DNA from: Nitrosopumilus sp.
Lineage (GTDB): Archaea; Thermoproteota; Nitrososphaeria; Nitrososphaerales; Nitrosopumilaceae
DNA length: 64,000 bases
NCBI GenBank assembly: GCA_963662625.1
Contig: OY759726.1
Span: 1,152,001 to 1,216,000 of the forward strand
Reading direction: 5' to 3'
Shown one piece after another: positions 1 to 9,197 of this stretch. The notes beneath the pieces were generated by a model. That model worked only from the letters and a program-made list of their open reading frames with translations, was not told where the DNA came from and ran no database searches. The translations under genes and the position numbers were made by a program. Position 1 is the stretch's first letter. Each line of letters opens with the position of its first letter.

Positions 1-1
1 C

Positions 2-913
2 AACCAGAGCCCCCTAGGCGCGGGGCCCGCGGGCGGGACGAGCATCCCCATCGACAGGCACGCCACGGCCTCGCTGCTGGGCTTCGGCGGGGTCGTGGAA
101 AACTCGCTCGACGCTACCGGCACGCGCGACTTTGTAGCCGAGTACGTCTCGGCGGCGGCGATACTCATGACCAACCTCAGCAAAATCGCCGAGGACCTCG
201 TCATCTGGTCGACCGCGGAGTTCTCCTTCGTCGAGCTCGCCGACGAGTTCGCGTCCCCCTCGAGCGTCATGCCGCAAAAGAAGAACCCCGACATCCTGGA
301 ACTGACCCGGGGCAAGACCGCGGGGGTCATAGGAAACCTCGCGGCGGTCCTCGCCACGGTCAAGGGCCTCGCGTCCGGCTACGGGAGGGACCTGCAGCAG
401 ATCAAGCCGGCGATATGGTCGACGTCGAGGATCTCGATCAGCGCGCTGCTGGTCTTGAAGTCCGTGCTGCTCACGCTCCGCGTCAACGAAAAGCGGATGA
501 GGCGGTCTGCCGAGTCCGGCTACCTGGTGGCGCTCGACGTGGCAGAGGCGCTGGTGCGGGACGGCGTCCCGTTCAGGACCGCGCACAAGGTCGCGGGCAG
601 GCTGGTCCATATTGCGCACGGCAAGAAGGCGCGGCTGGGCGGCCTGACCGCCGCCGACGCCTCGGAGGCGGCCAGGGGCTGTAGGGCGGATCCGGGCCTC
701 GTCCTGAAGGCGGCCCGGGGCGCCACGGTCGCCTCCTCCCTGAGGGAAAGGAAGTCGCTCGGCTCGTCGGGCTACGCGGAGCAGGACCGCATGATCTCCG
801 ACAGGATCAGGCGGATAAGCTCGTGCCGCGAGGCAACCACGAAGCTCGACAACGACGTGTCGAGGTCACTCGACGCCCTGTCATCCAGGGTGCGGGAACT
901 GGTCGGGGCCTGA
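2..913 (+). CDS. argH: Argininosuccinate lyase, 5'-truncated by the window edge
   Basis: Open frame from position 2 (NQSPLGAGPAGGT...), lyase signature SSVMPQKKNPD, and C-terminal GVPFRTAHKVAG motif. Confidence 0.95.
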   Translation, partial: NQSPLGAGPAGGTSIPIDRHATASLLGFGGVVENSLDATGTRDFVAEYVSAAAILMTNLSKIAEDLVIWSTAEFSFVELADEFASPSSVMPQKKNPDILELTRGKTAGVIGNLAAVLATVKGLASGYGRDLQQIKPAIWSTSRISISALLVLKSVLLTLRVNEKRMRRSAESGYLVALDVAEALVRDGVPFRTAHKVAGRLVHIAHGKKARLGGLTAADASEAARGCRADPGLVLKAARGATVASSLRERKSLGSSGYAEQDRMISDRIRRISSCREATTKLDNDVSRSLDALSSRVRELVGA

Positions 914-1229
914 CCCGGGCACGCGCCGCCAGGCGCGGCGCGTTCCGCCGGGCCCTGCCACGCGGGCGGAGGAGCTGGCAAATCCTCAGAACGCCTTATT
1001 AGCAACGGGCACGCAAACCCTTGGCATGGCAGAATCAGCGGCCACAAGGACGATATGCGCGTGGAGCGGGCCCCAGGGCCAGCCCCAAACGCCGGCGGTA
1101 CCCGCGGCAAGCAACCGTGGCACCCGCGTGTCTGCCATGCATGCCGCGAAAGACCGCCCCCCGTCCGCGGTCAACGCGGGCGGGACGCCAGAACGCGCTC
1201 CTGGGTACGACAGACAACGGAGGTTGGAA

Positions 1230-1760
1230 ATGGAAGACGAGAAGGAACCACGAGATAACCGGGACCATGTAGGGGACCGGAATGGATCCGACCGCTACGA
1301 GGACGAGTACTCCTCTGGGGAGACCATTGCGGGCACATGGACCGACAAAAAGAGTTGGGACTACGTGGACTACGAGGGAGTAGACGACGAGGACGACTTC
1401 ACGCCACGGATCATGAGGCTCCTGAGGGAGCACTACGCCCGTGAACGGAGGAGGGAGCGCGGCCTCCGCGGGCTGCTGTCCACGCCGGACTGGGGCCTGC
1501 GGGAGCTGGGAAGCAAGGAGAGGGACGCCGTCATGGCGTTCCGGGAATGCAACGACGAGTACGTGAGGTGCGGGATGAGGCTTCTCTTCCCGCCCCACGT
1601 ACGCCCAGGCCGGGCCACGGCCGCAGTGACGCGTGGGGACGCGCAGCCCCGGGGCGCGGCGCGGCCATGCGCGCCATTGAATGGGCCGGCGGCCAGGCAG
1701 GCCGGCAACACGGTTCCGTCGGAGCCGGCCCGGGAGATGCTGGCGCAGTGGCGTAGCTAG
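1230..1760 (+). CDS. Acidic hypothetical protein, C-terminus probably degenerate
   Basis: ATG at 1230 preceded by GGAGGT; coding-like first ~120 codons; the stop TAG at 1758-1760 is supplied by the left end of a MITE. Confidence 0.4.
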   Translation: MEDEKEPRDNRDHVGDRNGSDRYEDEYSSGETIAGTWTDKKSWDYVDYEGVDDEDDFTPRIMRLLREHYARERRRERGLRGLLSTPDWGLRELGSKERDAVMAFRECNDEYVRCGMRLLFPPHVRPGRATAAVTRGDAQPRGAARPCAPLNGPAARQAGNTVPSEPAREMLAQWRS

Positions 1761-1837
1761 TTTGTCGCGCAACTCGACTTTTAGGCACGAAAAACAACCC
1801 CATAAGACGGGCTCAGGCATGGTTGTGCAACAAGCTA
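1758..1837. mobile_element. 80-bp MITE with IS5-like terminal inverted repeats
   Basis: Left TAGTTTGTCGCGCAACT (1758-1774) and right GGTTGTGCAACAAGCTA (1821-1837) are imperfect inverted repeats, each 14/17 identical to the TIR of the IS5 at 42269-44973; flanks GGCGTAGC and TCGGTAGC share GTAGC. Confidence 0.7.
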
Positions 1838-1881
1838 TCGGTAGCGACACCCTCAAATAATTACCGCCCCGCTGTAGCGCA

Positions 1882-2439
1882 ATGGCGAAAGAAAAACCGG
1901 CACTGCTTGCGGCACTGGCGGTAGCCATCTTCTCGGTAGCGGCAGCCCCCGCAACACTCGCGGATCACTCCGAAGTCACCGTCGTGCCGGCGCAGGGATC
2001 CGGCGTGGCAGGATGCGAGACCACCCCCGAGGGGTGCTTCATCCCTTCCACGGTGACGGTTGACGTCGGAGGGGCCGTGACATTCTCGAACACGGACACT
2101 GTCGCGCACACGTTCGCCGGCGGCACCTCGGGGGACGGCCCAAGCGGCGAGTTTGACAGCTCCCTGGTCATGGCCGGCGCCTCCTACGAGTTCAAGACGG
2201 AGGAAGCGGGCGAGATCCCGTACTTTTGCATAGTCCACCCGTGGATGGAGGGGCTGATCGTGGTGCAACGCGACGGCGACGCCGCCGTGGAGACGATTGC
2301 TGGGACGGATACCATGACGGCGGCGGCGCGATCTTCCACAAGCGGCTCTGTGCCGGATGGAAAGATTCCCATGATGGGAAATCAAACACCCTCAACCTCG
2401 ACAGGTCGTTCTATTCGGTTGGGGACACCGTGGAAATAA
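1882..2439 (+). CDS. Secreted plastocyanin-like blue copper (cupredoxin) protein; probably the 5' part of a frameshifted longer gene
   Basis: Signal peptide, AHT His ligand and YFCIVHPWM type-1 copper motif; sequence after ~2285 looks out of frame. Confidence 0.8.
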   Translation: MAKEKPALLAALAVAIFSVAAAPATLADHSEVTVVPAQGSGVAGCETTPEGCFIPSTVTVDVGGAVTFSNTDTVAHTFAGGTSGDGPSGEFDSSLVMAGASYEFKTEEAGEIPYFCIVHPWMEGLIVVQRDGDAAVETIAGTDTMTAAARSSTSGSVPDGKIPMMGNQTPSTSTGRSIRLGTPWK

Positions 2440-3332
2440 GGGCGTACCAGGACCCTACGGACCGCGACCGGGCACAGGCTGCAACCATAACAATATCTGA
2501 CGGCGACGGCTTCCGGGTCGGGCACTACGTCCTGAACGGCAACGACATCCTCCTTGCAGTCAGGATGGCCCCTAGCCTTTACGGGGTAGGATGCTACACG
2601 GTGCATTCCTCGTTCGACACCTCCAGGCCGGACAACCAGGAGGCGTACGATGCCAGGGACTTCTGCATAGTTTCCGGCCAGGGAAACGGCGGCGCCCCGC
2701 CGTTGGCGACGGGGGTCATGGGCAAGGTCTTCTACGACGTCAACGGAAACGGCGTCTTGGATCCCGACGAGCCCGGGATGGCCGGGGTGGCAGTGGTGAC
2801 GGTGAACGTGGCCGACTTTGCGGACACCGCCAGGACCTCGACCGGCGCAGACGGCAGATACTCAGTCCCGCTGGATGCGGGAGCCTACCTCGTACAGGTC
2901 AAGGGCACCGACTCGCACGCGTATGTCACGGTGGCGGACGGCCAGGCGACCGTCCAGGACTTGGGAGGGCCATCCTCGGGGTCGCACGGCACCGTCACCA
3001 GGAACATAGACGGCAACACCATCGAGGTCTCCGGGGACGTCATCCGGTCCCCGTTTGTATGGGTCGAGGATTCCGGGAACACGGCCATGCCGCACGCCCA
3101 GTACGCGAGGCAGGTCTGCCCGGTAGGGGCGGCGGCCTACTACGACGTGGACGACCTGCAGCCGGTCGGCAAGTATGGCAGGACGATCGCCATGGTCTGG
3201 TGCGGCGGGAACGAGAAGTCGCTCGACCAGCTGATGGTGGAGTCCGGGCTCGGCTGGATCAACGGGCATTTCTGCGAGCGGTCGGAGTTCAGGACCATGG
3301 ACTGGGTGGACGATTGCAAAGGGGCGCGGTAG
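2286..3332 (+). pseudogene. 3' part of the frameshifted gene: Ig-like domain, SdrD B-like domain and thermonuclease (SNase)-like domain
   Basis: GKVFYDVNGNGVLDPDEPGMAGV (SdrD B-like); GTVTRNIDGNTIEV, KYGRTIAMVW and LMVESGLG (SNase-like); no convincing start of its own. Confidence 0.6.
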
Positions 3333-3428
3333 CACGTGCCTCGCCCAACGGCACGCCTCTGGCAGGCCCGCCCATTCCCGGAATGACCGTGTTGCAATTC
3401 TGGCATCACCTGGCCGCACGCATCTGTT

Positions 3429-4207
3429 TCAAACCTTTTCAAAACCCGCGTGGCGCATGCTGGCCCGGCTGCGGCCCGCGGGCGGCGGAACCTGTACCGG
3501 ATCCCGGAGCCTATGGCGGCATCCAGTACCCCGCCGGCCAACGCCGGGCCCAGCCTCCACGGAATCCGTCACGATGCTAGGGAAGGCGCACTGGTAGGGC
3601 CTGTCGACTGCCGCGGTCCTCTTGTAAAACTCGACGTAGGGAACGTCATGGTAGGTGAAGACGCCCTCCGGGTAGTGCATGTGCATGAATGTAGAGTCGG
3701 GGGGTTCGGGACAGTCGCCCGTTAGGGTGCCCCACCATTGCTTGCATTCTGGCTTTGCCAGGTGCCCATCGTGTCGTAGCAGCCTCCCACGAAGGTGTCG
3801 TTTTCTTCCAGACGGAGTTCAATCTGGCTTGACGGGTCGTCGGGATCGGCCAGCTTGAGGTTGATTGCTAGGTCAGATACGGCCTCAAAGGAACGCACGT
3901 AGTCGTACATGTGAGTTTCATTCTCTAACAACACAAAGTATTCTCCGTAGCCAATCGGGATTATGAAGGTGTGATCCAGTTCTGGATCCGTGGCACGACC
4001 CCTACACATGTAATCCCCCGCTGAGTCTCTGTGCATATATGGCCTAAACCCTCCTGCTGATCCTCGCACTCGAGGTCGCACGGAGCTTGGATCTTCAAAA
4101 AACTCGGCGTCGGCCACTAGGTTCCGGGAGGACTCCATCATAACCATAGATAGGACTGCTGTCAGTGCCACAATGTCGGCGCACAACGGGAGAGCCTTTC
4201 CCATCAC
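3429..4207 (-). pseudogene. Fragmented hypothetical gene (ORFs 3722-4207 and 3429-3686)
   Basis: Visibly lower-GC segment; two consecutive same-strand ORFs separated by a stop and a frame change near a C6 run. Confidence 0.35.
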
Positions 4208-4216
4208 ACTCTAGGC

Positions 4217-4980
4217 GTGGTCCGCCCCAATAAAACGACACGGGTGCCAAGGCAGGCAATTTCACGGTTTTGGGGCGCGGCCGAAGGGCAGGAAGCGCGG
4301 CCCCCGGGAAACCGCGCCGGGGCGTCGCACCCCGACCGGCCGTCCGTGACGCTGCACTGCCTCCTCGCCGCCGCGAGGTGCCGGTGCGGGCGGGGCCCGG
4401 GGCCGATGAGGCCCGTGAACAAGCTGGTCACGGACTTTGACTCCATGCGCATGGTGACGGCGTGCGCCGTGATACACAGGGCATCCTGCGGCGGCTGCGG
4501 GGCAGTCGCGTGCGCCGAATCGCCGTTCCCGGAGGGCACGTCCCTGGGGCCCGTGGAATTGGGGGTGGTGCTGACGCTGTTTGCCATGGACTGCACCGGC
4601 GCCCGCATCGCGTGGTTCTTCCGCGCCGTGTTCGGGTTCGGGATGGCGGCCAACACGGTGACCGCGGAGCGCCGCGCGATGGCCGCGTCCCTGGCGGACC
4701 TGATCCTTTCCATACGGGAGGAGATACGGGCCCGACCGTGGGTGCGGGCGGGCTAGACCATGTTCAGGAGGGGTGACGGCCACTGGGGGTACGTCTGGGT
4801 GGCGCATACCGACGCGGCGGTGTGGATGCTCTTCTCCCCCACCATGGCCGCCGCCGTGCCGGGCGCGCACTTGGGGTGGCTCAGGGGCAAGGGGGCCGTG
4901 TGCGACGGGTACCCGGGGTACCGGGGGTTCTTCGGGGCGATCCAGAGGTCCCGGGGGCACCTGCTGGCAGAGGCAGAGAG
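4217..4980 (+). pseudogene. IS66-family transposase remnant
   Basis: Zn-ribbon CGGCG, PEGTSLGP, GYVWV, VCDGYPGY and QRSRGHLL motifs resemble IS66 TnpC; stop where the DET motif is expected (~4754); truncated just before tRNA-Lys. Confidence 0.75.
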
Positions 4981-5000
4981 GCCCGGACCGGGGATGGAAG

Positions 5001-5074
5001 CGGGTCTAGAGGGATTCGGACCCTCGACAACCGGATTAAAAGTCCGATGCGCTACCTGGCTGCGCCATAGACCC
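5001..5074 (-). tRNA. tRNA-Lys(TTT)
   Basis: Reverse complement folds as a cloverleaf GGGTCTA...TAGACCCG; anticodon loop CTTTTAA. Confidence 0.93.
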
Positions 5075-5170
5075 TGTGCAAGACTGCCTGATGCGTATAA
5101 TTTAGCCTTTTAGAAAACTTTTGGCCCATGCAGAAACTTTTAATCAGGCCAATTGTCTCAAAAAACTCGT

Positions 5171-5248
5171 GCCCTTGTAGTATAGCCCGGTCTAGAATTC
5201 GGCCCTGTCACGGCTGAGACGCGTGTTCAAATCCCGCCGAGGGCGCCA
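5171..5248 (+). tRNA. tRNA-Asp(GTC), CCA encoded
   Basis: Acceptor stem GCCCTTG/CGAGGGC, anticodon loop CTGTCAC, T-loop TTCAAAT. Confidence 0.93.
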
Positions 5249-5340
5249 TACCATTAAACCCGATCCCGCGCTTCGCGGGAGAGGCCGCCGCGGGCCGGCC
5301 CGACCAATAAATTTAACAACTTTTCCAGAGACTGCAATCC

Positions 5341-5826
5341 ATGGCAGGCCCCGTTGACGACTCGAGGGTCCTTGACTACTTTGAGGCCTCCATGAGGGAA
5401 TTCCTCCTGGAGCGCTTCTCCCACGTGGATGACTGGTGGAACGCGTGCATACCGCCCGAGGTGCGCGAGGACGCGGCCCGGAGGCACGAGAACGCCAAGA
5501 AGATCAACGACGTCCTGAACAAGCCTGACTATGAACTGATCGACTACCTCAACTTTGACGGCTACGGGAGGATAATCTCGCGGAGGGACAACTGGAGGAA
5601 CCACTTTGAGGCCGTGTTCCTCGAAAAGACGGTGTTCGATTACAAGATGCGGGTCATACTGTCGCTCAGGAACGACATCAGGCACGGGAGGAGGCTCGAC
5701 GAGATAAACAGCACGAGGCTCAGGCTGCACTGCTACGACGTGCTGGCCCAGATATTCGAGGCCAGGCACTCCGGCACTGACGAGCGACACGCCATGATGG
5801 TAAAGCTCGGATTCGGCCCCGGCTGA
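5341..5826 (+). CDS. Swt1-like HEPN domain protein (putative RNase)
   Basis: Rx4H motif RNDIRH; E-x-x-M-R-E-F, DWW, IDYLNF and NW-F segments typical of Swt1-HEPN; AT-rich promoter-like tract at ~5306-5316. Confidence 0.7.
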   Translation: MAGPVDDSRVLDYFEASMREFLLERFSHVDDWWNACIPPEVREDAARRHENAKKINDVLNKPDYELIDYLNFDGYGRIISRRDNWRNHFEAVFLEKTVFDYKMRVILSLRNDIRHGRRLDEINSTRLRLHCYDVLAQIFEARHSGTDERHAMMVKLGFGPG

Positions 5827-6006
5827 CCGCACGGACGCGCCCGCCGCACGCCAAGCCGCCGGGAGATGACGCGGGGGCGGGACAAGGCCGGGCATGGCGT
5901 GGCCCAGCCCGGCGGCCGCCGGACGCGGCAGGCCCGGCGCCGCGGATCCCCAGCGGCGGGGCCCTTACAAGAATATTAAAATTCAGGCGGTTCCAGTAAA
6001 AACTCG

Positions 6007-6882
6007 ATGTCTGGAGACCATGGCGAGCAGAAGGCCGGGGACGGCCCCGCCGCCGGTTCCGCCCAAGAGCCCCCCGCGGCAACGACCATAACGGCCGACG
6101 CCGCCAGGGAGGCCCGGATCGACGCCGAGGCCGCCGCCAAGGCCGCCAAGGAGGCAGACGCGGCAGACGCCAAGGCTACCGCCGAGGCCGAGGCCGCCGC
6201 CAAGGCTACCGCCGAGGCCGAGGCCGCCGCCAAGGCTACCGCCGAGAAGGACGAGGCCGCCAAGGCAAACGCCGAGGCCGAGGCCGCCGCCAAGGCGACC
6301 CACGAGGCGGAGATGGCCACCGAGGCCGCCGCGGCAGCCGAGGCCGCCGCCAAGGACGCCATCGCGAGGGCCGAGCACGCAAAGGCCGCCGCCGAGGCCG
6401 CCGCCGAGGCCGCCGCCGAGGCCGAGTACAAGGCGATCGCCCACAAGACCGAGATCTCAAGCGGCTCCGACTATACCTTCAAGCGCCAGAGCGAGGAGAT
6501 CTTCAGGCGGGAGATGGGCGAGCCCGAGTTCTTCCTGAACAAGGAAGACAGGTTCCCGGTACCCATACTCTCCCAGGAACAGCAAGACGAGCTCACGAGG
6601 AAGGTCGAGATTCCGGTCGACAACACCCCAAAGTACGTCCCCCAGCGCGTCCTCAGCCCCGAGTACGGCGGGCTGTCGAACTACGAGTCGGGGGTCGGGG
6701 GGTTCCTGGAGGAGGAGAGGGCGCGCCTGGCGAGGCTGAAGGACGATCCCGAGGCCACCGCGAAGCAGCTGGCAGACGCCAAGCACAGGGTCTCCTACCT
6801 GGAATCCATCCAGGAGAACTACTTCCTCGGGATGAACGTCTTCCGCACCGCCAAGGGCGGCAGGAGCAGGCTGGCCAAGTGA
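6007..6882 (+). CDS. Hypothetical protein with Ala/Glu/Lys-rich (EAAAK-like) helical N-terminal half
   Basis: Strong coding bias; AT-rich TATA-like tract upstream; globular C-terminal ~140 aa of unknown family. Confidence 0.8.
   Translation: MSGDHGEQKAGDGPAAGSAQEPPAATTITADAAREARIDAEAAAKAAKEADAADAKATAEAEAAAKATAEAEAAAKATAEKDEAAKANAEAEAAAKATHEAEMATEAAAAAEAAAKDAIARAEHAKAAAEAAAEAAAEAEYKAIAHKTEISSGSDYTFKRQSEEIFRREMGEPEFFLNKEDRFPVPILSQEQQDELTRKVEIPVDNTPKYVPQRVLSPEYGGLSNYESGVGGFLEEERARLARLKDDPEATAKQLADAKHRVSYLESIQENYFLGMNVFRTAKGGRSRLAK
6124..6426 (+). repeat. Imperfect coding repeats (30-bp unit GCCGAGGCCGAGGCCGCCGCCAAGGCTACC and related units)
   Basis: Encodes AEAEAAAKAT repeats and EAAA runs. Confidence 0.85.
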
Positions 6883-6888
6883 TGGGGG

Positions 6889-7959
6889 ATGGACGGGCCT
6901 ACTTTTGACGTGATGAACGCGCGGGTGACCTTCAAGAACGTCCCGCTCCACTCGCTGTCCCGGTTCGCCTTCAAGGACGTCGGCGCGGCGGTCGAGGCGT
7001 TCAGGAAGATCCCCGACGTGGACGAGTGCATCATCATCCAGACCGCCAGCAGGGTCGAGATCTTCACGGTAAGCAACGTCCAGGGCGGGGAGACCCCGGA
7101 CGCGCGGAGGGACGCCGGGAAGGCGCTGGTGCTCAACAAGATCAAGGACACCTGGGAGTCCCTGGCCGACCTGGAGCAGATCGACATCGACCACTTTGAC
7201 CAGACCATGGAGGTGTACAAGGGATACGACGTGTACTTCCACCTGCTGCGCCTGGCCTGCGGCCTCGACTCCGTGGTCGTGGGAAAGCAGGAGATATTCG
7301 ACGAGATCGCCGCGTCGGCCTCCAACGCGAAGCAGGCGGGGCACTCGGGCAGGGTCCTCAACAAGCTGTTCGACCACGTGATACGCATAGCCGGCCGGGT
7401 GAGGAAGTCCACCGCGATCAGCAAGAACGTGCTCTCGCTCGGGGACATCGCAGTCAAGATAGTCTCCGAGAAGGCCGGCCTGGATCCCAAGAAGAAGGTC
7501 CTGCTGATCGGCACCGGCGAGCCGGCGGCGATGATCGCAAAGACCCTCAACCAGAACAAGGTCTCCTTCGAGGTCACCAGCAGGACCATCGAGCGCGCCA
7601 CGGGATTCTCGAAGATCCTGGGGGGCAAGCCTGTCGCGTTCGACGAGGTGCTGAGCGGGTTCGACAGGTTCGACATCGTGTTCGTGGCGACGACTGCAGA
7701 CTATTTCCTGCTCACGTACGACAGGATCCACCTGCCGATGGAGGAGAAGAAGAAGGGGACCCTGGTGCTCGACATGTCCGATCCCAGGACGGTCGACGAG
7801 GGGATCACGTCGCTGCCGGGCATCAAGCTGCTGTTCAGGGATCAGATCGCCGAGATCTACGAGGAGAACGTCCGGGAGAGATCCGGCATCGTCCCCGCCG
7901 TAGAGAAGATCATCGAGAAGGAGACCCCGCTCGTCGAGGCGGCCATGCACAGGGCATAG
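6889..7959 (+). CDS. Glutamyl-tRNA reductase-like protein lacking the catalytic Cys
   Basis: HemA fold motifs (IIQTASRVE, HLLRLACGLDSVVVG, LLIGTGE, DMSDPR); TCNR is replaced by TASR; no C-terminal dimerisation domain. Confidence 0.8.
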   Translation: MDGPTFDVMNARVTFKNVPLHSLSRFAFKDVGAAVEAFRKIPDVDECIIIQTASRVEIFTVSNVQGGETPDARRDAGKALVLNKIKDTWESLADLEQIDIDHFDQTMEVYKGYDVYFHLLRLACGLDSVVVGKQEIFDEIAASASNAKQAGHSGRVLNKLFDHVIRIAGRVRKSTAISKNVLSLGDIAVKIVSEKAGLDPKKKVLLIGTGEPAAMIAKTLNQNKVSFEVTSRTIERATGFSKILGGKPVAFDEVLSGFDRFDIVFVATTADYFLLTYDRIHLPMEEKKKGTLVLDMSDPRTVDEGITSLPGIKLLFRDQIAEIYEENVRERSGIVPAVEKIIEKETPLVEAAMHRA

Positions 7960-8029
7960 CCCCGCAGCTTCCGCGCCCCGATGATGCCGTCCGCCATCCT
8001 GTCCAGCCTCGCGATGGGCCGCGCCAGGG

Positions 8030-8194
8030 TCACCCCTGCTGCCTTGCGATGAACTGCATCAGGGCCTCCCTGGAGTAGTCTATCCCGTGCTCCTCCTCGG
8101 TATGCGCCTTGAAGTTGTCTATGACCTCCTCGACGCCGCCCTGGGCTACAAAGTCGCACTCAAAGCCGTAGTCGTTGCACCTAAGCCTGGCCAC
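8030..8194 (-). CDS. Small DUF1059-like metal-binding protein
   Basis: LRCNDYGFECDF...H...EEHG pattern; GTG start just downstream of the TATA tract at 8213-8224. Confidence 0.75.
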   Translation of the reverse strand: MARLRCNDYGFECDFVAQGGVEEVIDNFKAHTEEEHGIDYSREALMQFIARQQG

Positions 8195-8212
8195 GGTTAA
8201 GACTGCAAGCCG

Positions 8213-8224
8213 TTTATATATAAA
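8213..8224. promoter_or_regulatory. TATA tract between divergent genes
   Basis: Palindromic TTTATATATAAA in a high-GC background, ~20 nt upstream of the DUF1059-like start. Confidence 0.6.
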
Positions 8225-8302
8225 TCTCGGGCCGCCCCAGCCCATGCTGATCACGCGCCGGTTGCAGAAATACATTTATCCAAAACCGGGGAAGTATGGT
8301 CG

Positions 8303-9142
8303 ATGGTGGTAGAGTACAAGGCCAAGATCACATACATACAGCTGGTCAAGGAGGACCTGGCCGTGATCCGCATACGGCCCGACGGGGGGATGCCCGAGTA
8401 CAAGACGGGGCAGTTCCTCACCATAGGCCTGCCGATACCATCCGAAAAGAAGGTCGTCAGGCGCGCCTACTCCATAGCGTCCCACCCCGAGAACCGCGAC
8501 TATTTCGAGTTCCTGATCAGGTGGGTCAGGCGGCCCCTGCCGGGAAGGGTCACGACGGAGCTGTTCTACGCGAACGTCGGCGACGAGGTCTCCCTCGGGG
8601 ATCCCACGGGCAACGCGCTGCAGATAGACCACGAGCTGCCCGACGGCATGCCGGACACGCGGCGTATAATATGCGTGGGCGGCGGGACCGGGCTGGCGCC
8701 GTTCATCGCGTTCGCAAAGCACCTGCACGACACCAACGACAGGCGCCAGGTCGTGGTCCTGCACGGCGTGAGCTACGTCGACGAGCTGAGCTACAAGGAG
8801 CTGCTCACGAGGCTCGAGGACGAGAGCATAGAGCGCGGCCCGGAGGAGTGGGACTTCAAGTACAGGGCGTCGGTGAGCAGGCCCAAGGAGTTCTTCAACA
8901 GGTCGTGGTCCGGGCAGGCCGGGAGGGTCGAGTCCTTCTTCAAGCCCAACAAACAGGGCGTCTCGCCCATCGACGAGCTGGTGGGGGAGGAGGTGACTCC
9001 CCAGAACAGCAAGATCTACATCTGCGGCTACCAGGGGACGATAGACGGGGTGATCGACCACCTCTCTCCCAAGGGGTTCGTGACCAAGGACCAGAAGCAC
9101 GAGGACGGAAGCTACGAAATAAAGTTCGAGTCCTACGGGTGA
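8303..9142 (+). CDS. Ferredoxin-NADP+ reductase family FAD/NAD(P)-binding oxidoreductase
   Basis: RRAYSIAS FAD motif, GGGTGLAPF, YICGY and C-terminal FESY. Confidence 0.9.
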   Translation: MVVEYKAKITYIQLVKEDLAVIRIRPDGGMPEYKTGQFLTIGLPIPSEKKVVRRAYSIASHPENRDYFEFLIRWVRRPLPGRVTTELFYANVGDEVSLGDPTGNALQIDHELPDGMPDTRRIICVGGGTGLAPFIAFAKHLHDTNDRRQVVVLHGVSYVDELSYKELLTRLEDESIERGPEEWDFKYRASVSRPKEFFNRSWSGQAGRVESFFKPNKQGVSPIDELVGEEVTPQNSKIYICGYQGTIDGVIDHLSPKGFVTKDQKHEDGSYEIKFESYG

Positions 9143-9197
9143 GCGGCCGGAGCCGATCCCCTTGAAAGCATAAATAACAATACGGCATCTCTTGTGC

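Noticed and set aside
914-5074. Integrated virus or plasmid at tRNA-Lys
   Set aside because: No integrase, capsid or replication gene, and no duplicated tRNA 3' end (att) was found.
6457-7950. Long antisense and alternate-frame ORFs here and throughout (e.g. 11831-13264, 13452-14894, 37757-39256)
   Set aside because: Shadows of high-GC3 coding genes; no recognisable motifs or independent starts.
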